Part shown: in pieces, positions 1-9,584 of the stretch
Layout: each line of letters starts with the position of its first letter
How positions within the stretch are numbered: the stretch's first letter is position 1
Source of the DNA: Polyangiaceae bacterium
GTDB taxonomy: Bacteria > Myxococcota_A > Polyangia > Polyangiales > Polyangiaceae
Reading direction: 5' to 3'
Length of the DNA: 64,000 nucleotides
Assembly (NCBI GenBank): GCA_035063585.1
Contig: JAPSGB010000012.1
Span: 32,001-96,000, forward strand
Translations under genes and position numbers: made by a program
The notes under the pieces: generated by a model
The model's database searches: none
What the model saw: only the letters and a program-made list of their open reading frames with translations
Told to the model about the DNA's origin: nothing

Positions 1-2
1 GG

Positions 3-929
3 AAGGTCATCGGGGCGATCGTGGTCGGCACTCCGCTGAACGACGAGCGCCTCGCGCGGACCAGCACGCTCACGAGCGGGCGTCTGCTCGTGCTCAGCAT
101 GGTCGTGAAGAACCAGCTCGAGCTGGTCGCCAACAGCGGGAAGGTCGGAGCCGAGGTGATCACCGCGGCCGCCTCCCAGCCGGTGCAGGCCGCCGCGCAG
201 AGCGCGCTCGCGAGCGACGGGGTCGCCACCGCCGACGCCACCGCGGTCAACGAGGTCTTCGGTGCCATGGCGCTCACGGGCTACGAGGGTGATCCGAGAG
301 CGGTGCTCGTGTCGGCGGTCCCGGCCTCGCTGGTCCCCAGCCTGATGAGCCTGCTCTGGCCGGTGTTCGGGGTCTCCGCGCTCGGTATCCTGCTGGTCGT
401 CGTGGGCGGCGTGCTGCTCGGCAACTACTTCGATGGGCCGCTCTCCGAGCTCGAGGACGGCATGCTCGCCATCATCAACGGCCGCACGGACCTGCGCTTT
501 CAGATCGAGCACGCCGAGCTCGGTGGGCTCGTGTTTCGGCTAAACTCGCTCCTGAACGCGCTGATGGGCGTCCCGGAGGACACGACTGACGACGAAGGCC
601 GCCCCTCGCGCCCACCCACGGCGCGCGATTTCCAGGAAGCGCTCGCCGTGGACGAGAGCTCCGTCGATGGCTCGACGATCGATCCGGCTCGCGCCGCCGC
701 CCTCGCCGCCGAGCCCGCGGCGCAGTACTACGCGCGGCTCTACGGCGAGTACATCGCCGCCAAGCGGCAGGTGGGCGATCCGGTCGACCACATCACCGAG
801 CAGGCCTTCGTCGCGCGGATTCAGGGCTCGGAGCAAGAGATGCTCGGCAAGCACGGGCGCCCCGTCCGCTACCAGGCGGAGCTGCGCGCCGGCGCGGTGG
901 TGCTGGTCGCCGTGCCGCTCCCGCGCTGA
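3..929 (+). CDS. 5'-partial membrane protein with HAMP domain and MXAN_5187-like C-terminal domain
   Basis: Frame is open from the window edge. It has a TM helix (VFGVSALGILLVVVGGVLLG), a HAMP-like segment (GPLSELEDG...ELGGLVFRLNSLL) and a C-terminus (LYGEYIAAKRQVGD...VRYQAELRAGAVVLVAVP) resembling the myxobacterial MXAN_5187 C-terminal domain. Confidence 0.65.
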   Translation, partial: KVIGAIVVGTPLNDERLARTSTLTSGRLLVLSMVVKNQLELVANSGKVGAEVITAAASQPVQAAAQSALASDGVATADATAVNEVFGAMALTGYEGDPRAVLVSAVPASLVPSLMSLLWPVFGVSALGILLVVVGGVLLGNYFDGPLSELEDGMLAIINGRTDLRFQIEHAELGGLVFRLNSLLNALMGVPEDTTDDEGRPSRPPTARDFQEALAVDESSVDGSTIDPARAAALAAEPAAQYYARLYGEYIAAKRQVGDPVDHITEQAFVARIQGSEQEMLGKHGRPVRYQAELRAGAVVLVAVPLPR

Positions 930-1063
930 GCGCGACGCCCCTGTAAATCGCGGGGCCGCGCGCCAGCGCGCGAGAACCTGCATAGCGGCTCGAATCGGGC
1001 TATAAGCTCGCCCGTTCGACGCCTCGGGCCGCGCGGCCCGGGCGAGCCTCCAGGGAAGGGCCC

Positions 1064-1810
1064 ATGAGCGTTTTCGACATGTTCAAGAAGAAGAGCGAGA
1101 CCACCGGCCCGCGCAAGAAGAGCGAGCGCGAGCTGAGTCGTCTCGCCCGCCTCGTTGGCGACAAGATGAGTCAGAACTACGACCGGCAGCAGGCGCTCGA
1201 GGAGCTCGGCCGCATGGAGAATGCCGAGGGTGCGGCCGCGCTGCTGCGTCGCTTCGACTGGTCCTTCGATCCCTCGATCACGGATCAAGAGGAGAAGGAG
1301 ACCGCGGCGCGCGGCGTCGCTGCGGCCGGCGAGGCCGCGCTCGAGCCGATCCGCTCCTATTGCGCCAAGGCAGCGAGCCTGACGTGGCCGCTCAAGATCC
1401 TGAGGCAGATCATCGAGTCGGAGGACGCGCTGGTCGGCGAATTGCTCGACATCCTCGAGCAGTTCGACACCGAGTACGTCCGAAACCCCGAGCCGAAGGT
1501 CCAGCTCATCGCCACGCTCGAAGAGTACCCTCGCGATGATGTCCGCGAAGCCGTCGAGCCCTTCCTGCAGGACGCGAGCGAGCCGGTGCGGTTCCACGCC
1601 GCCATCACCACCTTCTCGATGAACAGCGACGAGAGCATCGTCCCGTTGGTCGAGGCGCTCACCCAGGAGGAGTCGCTCCGGGTCCGAAATCGCATCGCCC
1701 AGGGGCTCGCCGAGCGGAAGTACGCCGTGCCGAGCGAGCTCAGTGACGCCTGCGCCGAGGCGCTCCCGGACGACTACCGGCTCGACCGCGGCGTGGTCGT
1801 TCGCCAGTAA
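1064..1810 (+). CDS. HEAT-repeat protein
   Basis: Repeated helical units (FLQDASEPVRFHAA, ALTQEESLRVRNRIA); purine-rich RBS GGGAAGGG before the ATG. Confidence 0.75.
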   Translation: MSVFDMFKKKSETTGPRKKSERELSRLARLVGDKMSQNYDRQQALEELGRMENAEGAAALLRRFDWSFDPSITDQEEKETAARGVAAAGEAALEPIRSYCAKAASLTWPLKILRQIIESEDALVGELLDILEQFDTEYVRNPEPKVQLIATLEEYPRDDVREAVEPFLQDASEPVRFHAAITTFSMNSDESIVPLVEALTQEESLRVRNRIAQGLAERKYAVPSELSDACAEALPDDYRLDRGVVVRQ

Positions 1811-1895
1811 TCCGGGCCGAAGCCGACCGCGGCGGGAGGGGCGTCGCCGCCGGCGGACCGGGCGGCTCGGCGGTCGCCGTGCGGAGGGTAGGGGG

Positions 1896-1999
1896 TTGGT
1901 GCGGCGCGAGAGCCCCGGGCTACGAGCAAGAGCACCGCTCCCGGTGAACTGACGGAGAACTGAGGCTTGGTGCGGCGCGAAAGCCCCGGGCTACGCGCA
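1896..1999. repeat. two 33-bp direct repeats with 71-bp period, REP-like
   Basis: TTGGTGCGGCGCGAGAGCCCCGGGCTACGAGCA (1896-1928) and TTGGTGCGGCGCGAAAGCCCCGGGCTACGCGCA (1967-1999), 31/33 identical, between convergent genes. Confidence 0.75.
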
Positions 2000-2093
2000 G
2001 GGCCTCCGCCTCGTCGAGCCGGCTACGACGACACGCGGCGCAGCCGACCCTCACGCGCGCTAGGAGGCGGCGAGTAGTCGCCCGCTGCGAGCT

Positions 2094-2136
2094 CGGGAGA
2101 CGACGAGGAGGCGTCGCGCTCCTCGTCGCGCTCCCG
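2094..2136. terminator. strong hairpin just downstream of the beta-barrel gene; possible terminator or mRNA stabiliser
   Basis: CGACGAGGAG (2101-2110) pairs perfectly with CTCCTCGTCG (2119-2128), extended by CGGGAG/CTCCCG. No clear U-tract. Confidence 0.45.
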
Positions 2137-2141
2137 CGCGG

Positions 2142-3080
2142 TCACTCGCTGATGCGCGGCATCGTCGGGAAGAACAAGTTGTAGCTCAAGGTGAGCATCT
2201 GGTTGAACTTGAACTCCCGATCGTTGCTGTCGATGACGTCGTCAGGGAAGTTGCCGTCCTTCCCACCGCCGCGCGTGTCGAACCCCGCGGTGTTTCGCGA
2301 GAACGGCAGGCCGCGCCACTCGAAGCCGATGGCGTTCCACTTGTTCACGTAGAACGAGAAGCCGAGCCCGAAGGTCGGCGCGATAGCGACGCGAGTCGCG
2401 CGATCGAAGGCTTGATCCACCGCGCACTGCGTGCGCGGGCAATCCTTGCGCTCATTGACGCCGATGAAGGCTGGACCCGCGAAGAAGTAGAGGTCGCTAT
2501 CGACGAAGACGTTGTCGAAGAGCGCGAGCTTCCCGCGGAAGGGCACCGCGGTGAGCTGCGGCGCCACGATCCAGTCCATCGTCCCGAGCTGCTTGTGGAA
2601 GTCGGGGCCGACGTTCTTGGAGACGAGCCGCTGGTCGATGGTCGGCTGCCCGAGGGGATCGGTCGCCTGTTGGTTCGCGCTGCTGCGTCGCCGGGCGACG
2701 TTCACGTCCTGGACGTGGTCGGTGAGCGCGGTGTCGATCTTGATCGCTCCGTACGCACCCCAGACCCCGAGCGCGAGCCAGTCCGTCAGGTTGTAGTTGA
2801 CGCGCGCGCCCACGAACATGGTGCGCTGATACTCATCGAGCAGCGTGAACGAGATGGCGGGCGCCACCTCGAAGCGGCCCTCGCGATAGAGCCGCAACTG
2901 GCGCACCGCGGGCGCTCCTGCGAGCGGACCCGTGAGCAGGATCTCCTGCGCATCGGCGCGTTCGGTGAGCCCGAGCAGGGAGAACCCCGCCACCAAGCCG
3001 GCCAAGAGCCAGCGTCCAGCCTTTCGCGTCCTCGAGTTGGTCGTCGTGGTACCCATCGTTGCCTGACCTCGCCTTTCCAT
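2142..3080 (-). CDS. myxobacterial outer-membrane beta-barrel protein (GltA/GltB-like family)
   Basis: Signal peptide, then LYREGRFEVAP, TLLDEY and VPFRGKLALF motifs and a terminal amphipathic strand (LTLSYNLFFP). ATG overlaps the upstream TGA (TGATG). Confidence 0.75.
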   Translation of the reverse strand: MERRGQATMGTTTTNSRTRKAGRWLLAGLVAGFSLLGLTERADAQEILLTGPLAGAPAVRQLRLYREGRFEVAPAISFTLLDEYQRTMFVGARVNYNLTDWLALGVWGAYGAIKIDTALTDHVQDVNVARRRSSANQQATDPLGQPTIDQRLVSKNVGPDFHKQLGTMDWIVAPQLTAVPFRGKLALFDNVFVDSDLYFFAGPAFIGVNERKDCPRTQCAVDQAFDRATRVAIAPTFGLGFSFYVNKWNAIGFEWRGLPFSRNTAGFDTRGGGKDGNFPDDVIDSNDREFKFNQMLTLSYNLFFPTMPRISE

Positions 3081-4090
3081 CACTTCGGCAACCGATACTC
3101 AAACGAGAACGGGAGGAAGAGGGAGACGCCGAGTTGCGCCTGCACGTTGTTGGTCAGCTTGGAATCGCCGTACCAGTTGGAGTCGTCCTGTTGCTCTCGC
3201 ACCGTCGCAGGCACGCTCAGGTTCTCCAACTTGTCGTTGAAGATGTAGTCGCGAACCTCCAAGGTGGCGGCGAACCAGCGGTTCAAGAAGATGCGGAGAC
3301 CGATGCCGGCGTTGAACGCGATCTTCGGCTCGAACGCGAAGTTGCGGTTGTCGGGGTCGATGACCGGAATCGGCCGGGTGCTGAGCGCGCCCACGCCGCC
3401 CACGACGTAAGCGTCGTAGTGGAAGATGAAGTCGCCGAAGCCTGCGAACTTGCCGATGGCCGGGACGTAGCTGAAGTTCAGCGCCGCGCCCCATTGGTAC
3501 TCGGTCAAGGGGACCGAGACGCGCCCCGACCGCCTGAGCTCCGCGTTGAAGGCGCTGTCGCTGTTGATGTACCAGTTGAAGTTCGCGCCAATCGCGAGGA
3601 CGTTCGAGATGTAGTAGTTGACCCCGATGCCGGGCGCGTTGTGCTGAACGAACTGGTCGTTCAACGAGAACGACCAGTAGGGGTTCAGCTCGAGCCGATT
3701 TCGACGCAGCACGAAGAGCTGCTGCATCGCGTAGATTTGCTCGTCGAGCGGCTTGGCCGCCTCCTTGTCCATGTCGAGCTTCGGGCAGGCCTCGGGATCG
3801 ATCTTGCAGATGTCCCCGAGTCCGCCGCCCTCCGGGAGCCCGGCCGGCAGCTCGTCTCCGCCCGCCGGGGCACCGGCGGCTTGGTCGTCACCGGCGGCCT
3901 GGTCACCGGCGGCCTGGTCACCGGCGGCTTGGTCACCGGCGGCTTGGTCACCGGCGGCTTGATCTCCAGCGGCTTGGTCTCCGCCAGCCTCGGCCCCTTT
4001 CGTCGCTGCGCCCTTCTTCTGCGCCCACGCACTGGTGGCCGATGCGCAAAGCAGAGCTGCAACGAGGAGCCCGATGCGAGTCTTCTTCAT
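3080..4090 (-). CDS. myxobacterial outer-membrane beta-barrel protein (GltA/GltB-like family)
   Basis: Signal peptide (AWA-Q), IYAMQQLFVLRRNRLELNP, SLNDQF, YVPAIGKFAGF and a terminal QLGVSLFLP strand. Related to the adjacent gene. Confidence 0.75.
   Translation of the reverse strand: MKKTRIGLLVAALLCASATSAWAQKKGAATKGAEAGGDQAAGDQAAGDQAAGDQAAGDQAAGDQAAGDDQAAGAPAGGDELPAGLPEGGGLGDICKIDPEACPKLDMDKEAAKPLDEQIYAMQQLFVLRRNRLELNPYWSFSLNDQFVQHNAPGIGVNYYISNVLAIGANFNWYINSDSAFNAELRRSGRVSVPLTEYQWGAALNFSYVPAIGKFAGFGDFIFHYDAYVVGGVGALSTRPIPVIDPDNRNFAFEPKIAFNAGIGLRIFLNRWFAATLEVRDYIFNDKLENLSVPATVREQQDDSNWYGDSKLTNNVQAQLGVSLFLPFSFEYRLPK
3874..3982 (-). repeat. in-frame 15-bp tandem repeat encoding about 6-7 AAGDQ units
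   Basis: Repeated TGGTCACCGGCGGC(C/T) on the + strand; protein reads AGGDQ-AAGDQ x5-AAGDDQ. Confidence 0.85.
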
Positions 4091-4235
4091 CGATGCCTCT
4101 TCCGTGATCCCGTGGAACGACCGCTAGTATCAGCTCCGCAAGTGCTTGGAAACGCTAAATAATTCAGTATCGAACGACCGGCCGCGCGACTATATCACGC
4201 ACAATTTCTGACAATCAACATCATAATCCAGAAGG

Positions 4236-5522
4236 TTACGCCGGCCCGGCTTCGACGTCCTTGCCGAGCAGCGCCTCGACGAACTCCGAGGGCACGAACT
4301 CGTGGAGATCGTCGGCGCGCTCACCGAGCCCGATGAAGCGCACGGGCAGCTTGAGGGCGTCGGCGATCCCGAGCACGACGCCGCCCTTGGCGGTGCCATC
4401 GAGCTTGGTGAGCACGATGCCGGTGAGCGGCAGCGCCTCCTGGAACTCGCGCGCCTGCGCGAGGGCGTTCTGGCCGTTGGTCGCGTCGATGACGAGGAAG
4501 ATCTCGTGGGGCGCGCCCTCCAAGGCCTTACCGGCGGTCTTCGCGATCTTCTTCATCTCCGCCATCAGGTTCGACTTCGTGTGGAGGCGTCCGGCGGTGT
4601 CCGCGAGGACGAGATCCGCGCCTACCTCCTGGGCCCGCTCGATGGCCTCGAAGATCACGCTGCCCGGATCGGCGCCGTCTTTCCCGCGCACGACCTCGGT
4701 CCCGACGCGCTCGCCCCAGACCACGAGCTGCTGCACGGCCGCCGCGCGGAAGGTGTCGCCGGCGGCGAGCACACACCGGTGACCCTCCGCCTGCAGCCGC
4801 GTGGCGAGCTTGCCGATGGTGGTCGTCTTGCCGGCCCCGTTCACGCCGACCATCAGCACCACCGTCGGCTTCGCCGTGAGCTCGAACGCGCCCGCCCGTC
4901 CGTCCACCTCGAGCAGGCGGGTCGCCTCCGCGCGGAGCGCCTCCCAGACCTTGCTCGAGTCGGTGAGCTCGGACTTGCCGAGCGCGTCGCGCACGCGCTC
5001 GAGGACCACCTGCGTGGTCTCCACGCCGACGTCCGAGCTGAGCAGGACCTCCTCGATCGCGCCGGCGATGTCGGCCCCGATCTCCTTCTTGCCGGTGAAC
5101 AGCGCCTTCAGCTTGCCGAAGAAGCCCTCGTCGCCGCGGGATTTCGCGAGCCCCTTGCGGAGCGCCTGGACGTCTCCCGTGCGTCTCAGCGCGGCGCGGC
5201 TCACCCGCTCCGGAGCCGCCGCTTCGCGCTCCGAAGTCTCCTCCTCCGCCGCTGCCGCCGGCTCGGGCTTCGGCGCCGGCGGCGCGGCGGGCGCTGCGTC
5301 ATGGACGCGCTCGGCCTTGGGCTTCGACGCGGGCGCGGGCGCGGGCTCTGCCGCGCGGCGCGCGGGCTCGCGCTCCGCGGGCGCCCGCTTCGCGTCGGGC
5401 TGGGTGGGGAGCTTCCGCTCCTCGGGAGCCTCGCCTACGCGCGGCTCCTCCCGCTTCGCGATGAAGAGGAAGTAGACGGCGGCGAGCGCCACGAGGGCGA
5501 GGAGGATGTAAACGACGGTCAT
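4236..5522 (-). CDS. ftsY: signal recognition particle receptor FtsY
   Basis: GVNGAGKTTTIGKLA, AAGDTFRAAA, DTAGRLHT and TKLDGTAKGG motifs; N-terminal TM helix and Pro/Ala linker. Confidence 0.97.
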   Translation of the reverse strand: MTVVYILLALVALAAVYFLFIAKREEPRVGEAPEERKLPTQPDAKRAPAEREPARRAAEPAPAPASKPKAERVHDAAPAAPPAPKPEPAAAAEEETSEREAAAPERVSRAALRRTGDVQALRKGLAKSRGDEGFFGKLKALFTGKKEIGADIAGAIEEVLLSSDVGVETTQVVLERVRDALGKSELTDSSKVWEALRAEATRLLEVDGRAGAFELTAKPTVVLMVGVNGAGKTTTIGKLATRLQAEGHRCVLAAGDTFRAAAVQQLVVWGERVGTEVVRGKDGADPGSVIFEAIERAQEVGADLVLADTAGRLHTKSNLMAEMKKIAKTAGKALEGAPHEIFLVIDATNGQNALAQAREFQEALPLTGIVLTKLDGTAKGGVVLGIADALKLPVRFIGLGERADDLHEFVPSEFVEALLGKDVEAGPA

Positions 5523-5649
5523 CGGCAGCAGCGTTCGCGAACGCCGCGCACTATAGGAAGGCGCTCTCCGCTACGTCAACGCCTGCCTCCTCGGCGCCGC
5601 GAGTTCGTCCGGCGCACGAGCGGGGGCGCTCCAGAGTGCCGGTAATTTT

Positions 5650-7395
5650 CTAGGAGTTTGCGGAATTCGCCGCCCCGCCGCGCGGCGCGCGCGCCTCGAT
5701 GGCCGCCTCGACGGACTCGTCGGGCGGCGTGGGCCCGTAGGCCGCGGTCTCGATCTGCTCCGCCCACTCGGCGACCGCGTCGTTTCCGCGCGCGCGCGCG
5801 CTTCGCGCCAGGGCGCCGGGCGTCGGCTCGCCCGGGCCAGCCCAGGCGCGCTGCGAGCGGCGCGCCCACTCGACCAGGCCGTCGAGGAGCGCGCGCCGGC
5901 GTGACACGAGCGTAACGAGGACCAGCCCGGGGGGAGGGACGGCGCGCCTCAAGGCGCCGTGCCAGCGCGCCGTGATCGTCATGCGGGCTCCGTCCGGAAG
6001 GGCGGCGCGCGGCGGAGCAAGCTCGAAGCGACCCTCGCCGTCGCTCTCGCTCGCCGCGAGGAGCGCGCCGCCACCGAACCCCGGCGCCTCGAGCGTGACG
6101 CGCGCGCCCGCGACGGGTGTGCCTTCGTGCGCGTCGAGCACGCGACCGCGCCAGCCGCGCTCGACCGGACCGCGCTCGACCAGCGCGAGTGACGCGAATC
6201 CGCGCGAAGCGGCGGCGGGGCTCGGCCGCGCGCGGGGGGCCCGACCGGGGCGCCGCCATCCGCGCATCAGCCACAGCGCGACCGCGGCCGCGCCGAGCAC
6301 CCAGGGCGCGCGCCGCCACGGCGAGGGCGCCGCGAGCGGCGCGGTCACCTCGAGCACGTCCCCCGGCGTCCACCACGGCGCATCCGGAAGATAGCGGAGC
6401 GAGAGCCGCGCCTGGGTCGCGCTCGGCGCGTCGAACACGGCCACCACCCGCGCCGCCCCGGCGACCACCCTCGCGGCGCCGACCGACTCGCCATCCAAGG
6501 TAGCCTCCACCGAGCCTGTCGGGACCGCGCCGAGCGCCGAGCCCACCGCGACCCGGAGCTCGAGCCCGTCGCGTGGATCGGCAGGCTCGGGCTTGCCCGT
6601 GAGCGACAACGTGACGCGCGCGGTGCGCTCGACGGTCACGCTCCGCGTCGCGGCCTGCACCGAGGCGGTCCCGGGCGAGGACACGGTGAGCGTCCCCGGA
6701 CCAGCCGCGCCGAGCTGCACGCTCGGGACCTCGAAGAGCGCGCGCTCGCCGACCCGAACGCTCGCGCGGCCGAGCTCGGTCGGCTGCCCGCCGCGTCCGT
6801 GGAAGGCGAGGACGAGCGCGACCGTCTCGGGCGGTGCGTCCTCGGCGAGCGCGGTCGCCGCGGTCGCTTCCACCCAAATCGAGTGCACCGGACGATCGAG
6901 CGCGAGCGCGGTCGGCTCGGGGCTGAAGCGGAGCGTGAGGGTGAGCCGCGATGCGTCGATCGGGAGCTCGGCGCTCGCGGCCTCGTAGAACGCGCTGCCG
7001 CCGTAGGCGACGCGGACGCGGCCCGTCTCGGGCGCGCCCGCGACCCGCACGCAGAAGGTGCCGGCACCGTCGAGGTCGATGACGACCGCGTCGCCCTCGA
7101 CGGGCACCGGCGTGGCCGGGCGACCGTCGCCGCAAGTGCGCGCGCTCGGCGGCGGGCCGGCGCGCCGCGGCAGGGTGGCGCGGAGCCGCCCCTCGACGGG
7201 GCGCCCGGCGTCGTCGCGGAGCGCGCCGCGGAGCTCGAGCTCCCCTGCGCGCGCGACCGCGTGGGCCTCGAGGCTCGCCGTGCCGTGGACCCGCACCGGG
7301 AGCGCCTGCGCCGCGCTCGCGCAGGCGACGGCGGCGGCGGCCGCGCTGGCGGCGACGAGCCGCTGCCTGGGTCGCGGAGGGAGGCTGACCGCCAT
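5650..7395 (-). CDS. secreted/membrane protein with Ig-like and carboxypeptidase-regulatory-like domains
   Basis: Signal peptide, beta-rich repeats, a TM helix (PWVLGAAAVALWLM), then a GRVLDAHEGTPVAGARV...SDGEGRF motif. Confidence 0.6.
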   Translation of the reverse strand: MAVSLPPRPRQRLVAASAAAAAVACASAAQALPVRVHGTASLEAHAVARAGELELRGALRDDAGRPVEGRLRATLPRRAGPPPSARTCGDGRPATPVPVEGDAVVIDLDGAGTFCVRVAGAPETGRVRVAYGGSAFYEAASAELPIDASRLTLTLRFSPEPTALALDRPVHSIWVEATAATALAEDAPPETVALVLAFHGRGGQPTELGRASVRVGERALFEVPSVQLGAAGPGTLTVSSPGTASVQAATRSVTVERTARVTLSLTGKPEPADPRDGLELRVAVGSALGAVPTGSVEATLDGESVGAARVVAGAARVVAVFDAPSATQARLSLRYLPDAPWWTPGDVLEVTAPLAAPSPWRRAPWVLGAAAVALWLMRGWRRPGRAPRARPSPAAASRGFASLALVERGPVERGWRGRVLDAHEGTPVAGARVTLEAPGFGGGALLAASESDGEGRFELAPPRAALPDGARMTITARWHGALRRAVPPPGLVLVTLVSRRRALLDGLVEWARRSQRAWAGPGEPTPGALARSARARGNDAVAEWAEQIETAAYGPTPPDESVEAAIEARAPRGGAANSANS

Positions 7396-7589
7396 GACTG
7401 CGCCCGAGGGTACCGCGGAACGCGCGCCTCGGCCGCGCGAACGCGCAGATGAAGCTCCGCGAGGGGTGCTCCGTCCAACCGGCGACCCCGGTGGACGAGC
7501 GTATCCAGCCCCGAGCGTCGAGCGACCACCTCTCTAGCGCCGAAGCGCCGCCGCCGGAGCCGCGCCCGGTCATGATATCTTCTCGACGC

Positions 7590-8399
7590 ATGCGTCGGCT
7601 CATTGGGAGAGCGTGGGCGTTGGTCCTCATGGCCGCCGTCCTCGTCGTGGCGCTCCCGTCTCGAGCCGCCGACCGCGTCGACGAGCTCGCCGAGAAGCTC
7701 GCCAGCGGCGAGGATTTCCGGATCCGCACCCAGGCTGCGCTGGCGCTCGGCGCCACCGGCAGCCCGCGCGCGGTCGAGCCGCTCTGCGGCGGCCTCGACG
7801 ACTCGAGCACTACGGTCCGCGCCGCGGCCGCCGCGGGCCTCGGCAAGCTCAACCTCGGCGGGGAGGAGTGCCTCGAGCGGCGTCTCGCCGACGAGCCGAG
7901 CAGCGCCGTGAAGAGCGCCATCAAGAAGGCGCTCGAGCGCCTGAAGCGGGGCAAGGCTCCCCGGCTCGACGCGAACTCCCGCTACTACCTCGCGATCGCC
8001 AAGACGACGGACAAGACCGGCCGAGACGGCGGCGAGGTCGACCAGCTGGTGCGCAAGACGCTCGCCGCGAGCGCGGCCGGCCTCGAGGGCGCGGTCGTGG
8101 CGCCCGCGACCGAGACGGCCGCGGAGGCCAAGCGCCTGCTCGCGGGCCACCAGCGAGTGGTCGGCTTCTACCTCTCCGCGAAGGTGTTGAAGCCGGTCTA
8201 CAGCGGAGGCTCGCTGTCGGTGAAGATCGAGCTCGCGGTCTTCACCTACCCGGGCAAGGCGCTCAAGGGGACGCTCACGAAGAAGCTCACCCAGCAGGAC
8301 GTGAGCGAGGGAGACACGGGCAGCGAGGACGAGCTCATCAAGATGGCGACGGAGCGCGTATTTCGCGCCTTCGCGGACAACATCGAGCGCATGGAATGA
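7590..8399 (+). CDS. exported HEAT-repeat protein
   Basis: Signal peptide, then DFRIRTQAALALG and LDDSSTTVRAAAAAGLG HEAT units. Start chosen at ATG 7590, which follows an extended -10-like TGaTATCTT. Confidence 0.7.
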   Translation: MRRLIGRAWALVLMAAVLVVALPSRAADRVDELAEKLASGEDFRIRTQAALALGATGSPRAVEPLCGGLDDSSTTVRAAAAAGLGKLNLGGEECLERRLADEPSSAVKSAIKKALERLKRGKAPRLDANSRYYLAIAKTTDKTGRDGGEVDQLVRKTLAASAAGLEGAVVAPATETAAEAKRLLAGHQRVVGFYLSAKVLKPVYSGGSLSVKIELAVFTYPGKALKGTLTKKLTQQDVSEGDTGSEDELIKMATERVFRAFADNIERME

Positions 8400-8647
8400 G
8401 CGCGCCTGGGGGGGAGCTCGATGAGCGCTCGGGGCCGGGCGGCGTGAGGCAAAGCTCGCGGGAGGCGGGGAGGGATGGCCGGTTCGGCGTGGCCGGCGAC
8501 CCGCCCGACCGGTCGCGCGAGGGGCGGCGAACCGCCGTCTTGTTGCGCGCCGGCCCGAGAACCCCTTACGCTGATCGCGCCGTGTGCTGGCGCGCTCGTG
8601 AGGGCTCGCGGACCGCGGCGGTGTGCGCCCGATGAGGAGATACGCTA

Positions 8648-9436
8648 ATGGCAGAGGCGGCAACTCGAGCGGCTCCGGCCGATGGCCGGCGTCAGCGTCG
8701 CTTGCGAAATTACCTGCTCGATAGCCGGTTCCAGCTCAAGTACGCGGGCTACATGGTCGGCATCGCGCTGGTCCTGAGCGTCGCGCTCGGGCTCATCTTG
8801 TGGCGGACCAGCCAGGCCGTCATCGCGCAGAGCCATCAGGCGGTAAACCAGGGTGAGCAAGTGGTCGCTCGCGGCCGCGAGGTGGTCGAGGAGAGCCGCA
8901 AGGTGAGCGCCGTGGTCCAGATGAACATCGTCAAGGATCCGGTCTACAGCGACAACCCCGCGCTCCTCGAGGCCTTCAAGACGGACGCGAAGACTCAGGA
9001 CGACCGCCTCAAGAAGCAGCAGGAAGCCCTCGAGACGCAGGCGACCGCGCTGAAGCAGCAGTCGGCGGCGCTCGCCGAGCGGCAACGCACCATGTTCATC
9101 TCGCTCTTCGCCATCCTCGCCTTGCTCGTGTTCGGCGTGGGGGTCGCCGGAATCGTCATCACGCACAAGGTCGCGGGCCCGATCTTCAAGATGAAGCGGC
9201 AGATCGGCGACGTCGCGGAGGGCCGGCTCAAGATCCCGAGCAAGCTCCGCAAGGGCGACGAGCTGGTCGACTTCTTCGAGGCCTTCGAGGCGATGGTGAT
9301 CTCGCTGCGCACGCGCCAAGAGGGAGAAATCGGCAAGCTCGAGCTCGCCCTCGGCAAGCTCGAGGGGAAAGCCGACGACGACGTGCAGGCGCCACTCCAC
9401 GCGCTCCTCCGCGACATGAAGGCCGCGCTCGACTGA
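8648..9436 (+). CDS. two-TM HAMP-domain protein without an output domain
   Basis: RRLRNYLLDSRFQLKY N-terminus, two TM helices, a coiled-coil periplasmic region and a THKVAGPI...LRKGDEL HAMP; RBS GAGGAG. Confidence 0.75.
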   Translation: MAEAATRAAPADGRRQRRLRNYLLDSRFQLKYAGYMVGIALVLSVALGLILWRTSQAVIAQSHQAVNQGEQVVARGREVVEESRKVSAVVQMNIVKDPVYSDNPALLEAFKTDAKTQDDRLKKQQEALETQATALKQQSAALAERQRTMFISLFAILALLVFGVGVAGIVITHKVAGPIFKMKRQIGDVAEGRLKIPSKLRKGDELVDFFEAFEAMVISLRTRQEGEIGKLELALGKLEGKADDDVQAPLHALLRDMKAALD

Positions 9437-9539
9437 GCGCCGAGTCGCGCCGCCGGCCGCGCCGGACGGGCCCATTCGGCCCCGCCCCCGGGCGAGACGC
9501 GCCCCCCGTCGCGCGGCTCGACAGGTCTCCCAGCTTGTA

Positions 9540-9563
9540 CTACTACTACGCCTAGTAGATGAA
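9540..9563. promoter_or_regulatory. putative BlaI-family operator 1
   Basis: CTACTACTACGCCTAGTAGATGAA, an imperfect palindrome TACTAC-N5-CTAGTA, about 21 nt upstream of the repressor start. Matches the reverse complement of 11049-11072 at 21/24 positions. Confidence 0.75.
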
Positions 9564-9584
9564 GCGCGCACCCTGGAGCCGGTC

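Noticed and set aside
1896..1999. Repeat-spacer-repeat as a mini CRISPR
   Set aside because: Only two imperfect repeats, no AT-rich leader and no cas genes. The GTAG/palindrome form fits REP better.
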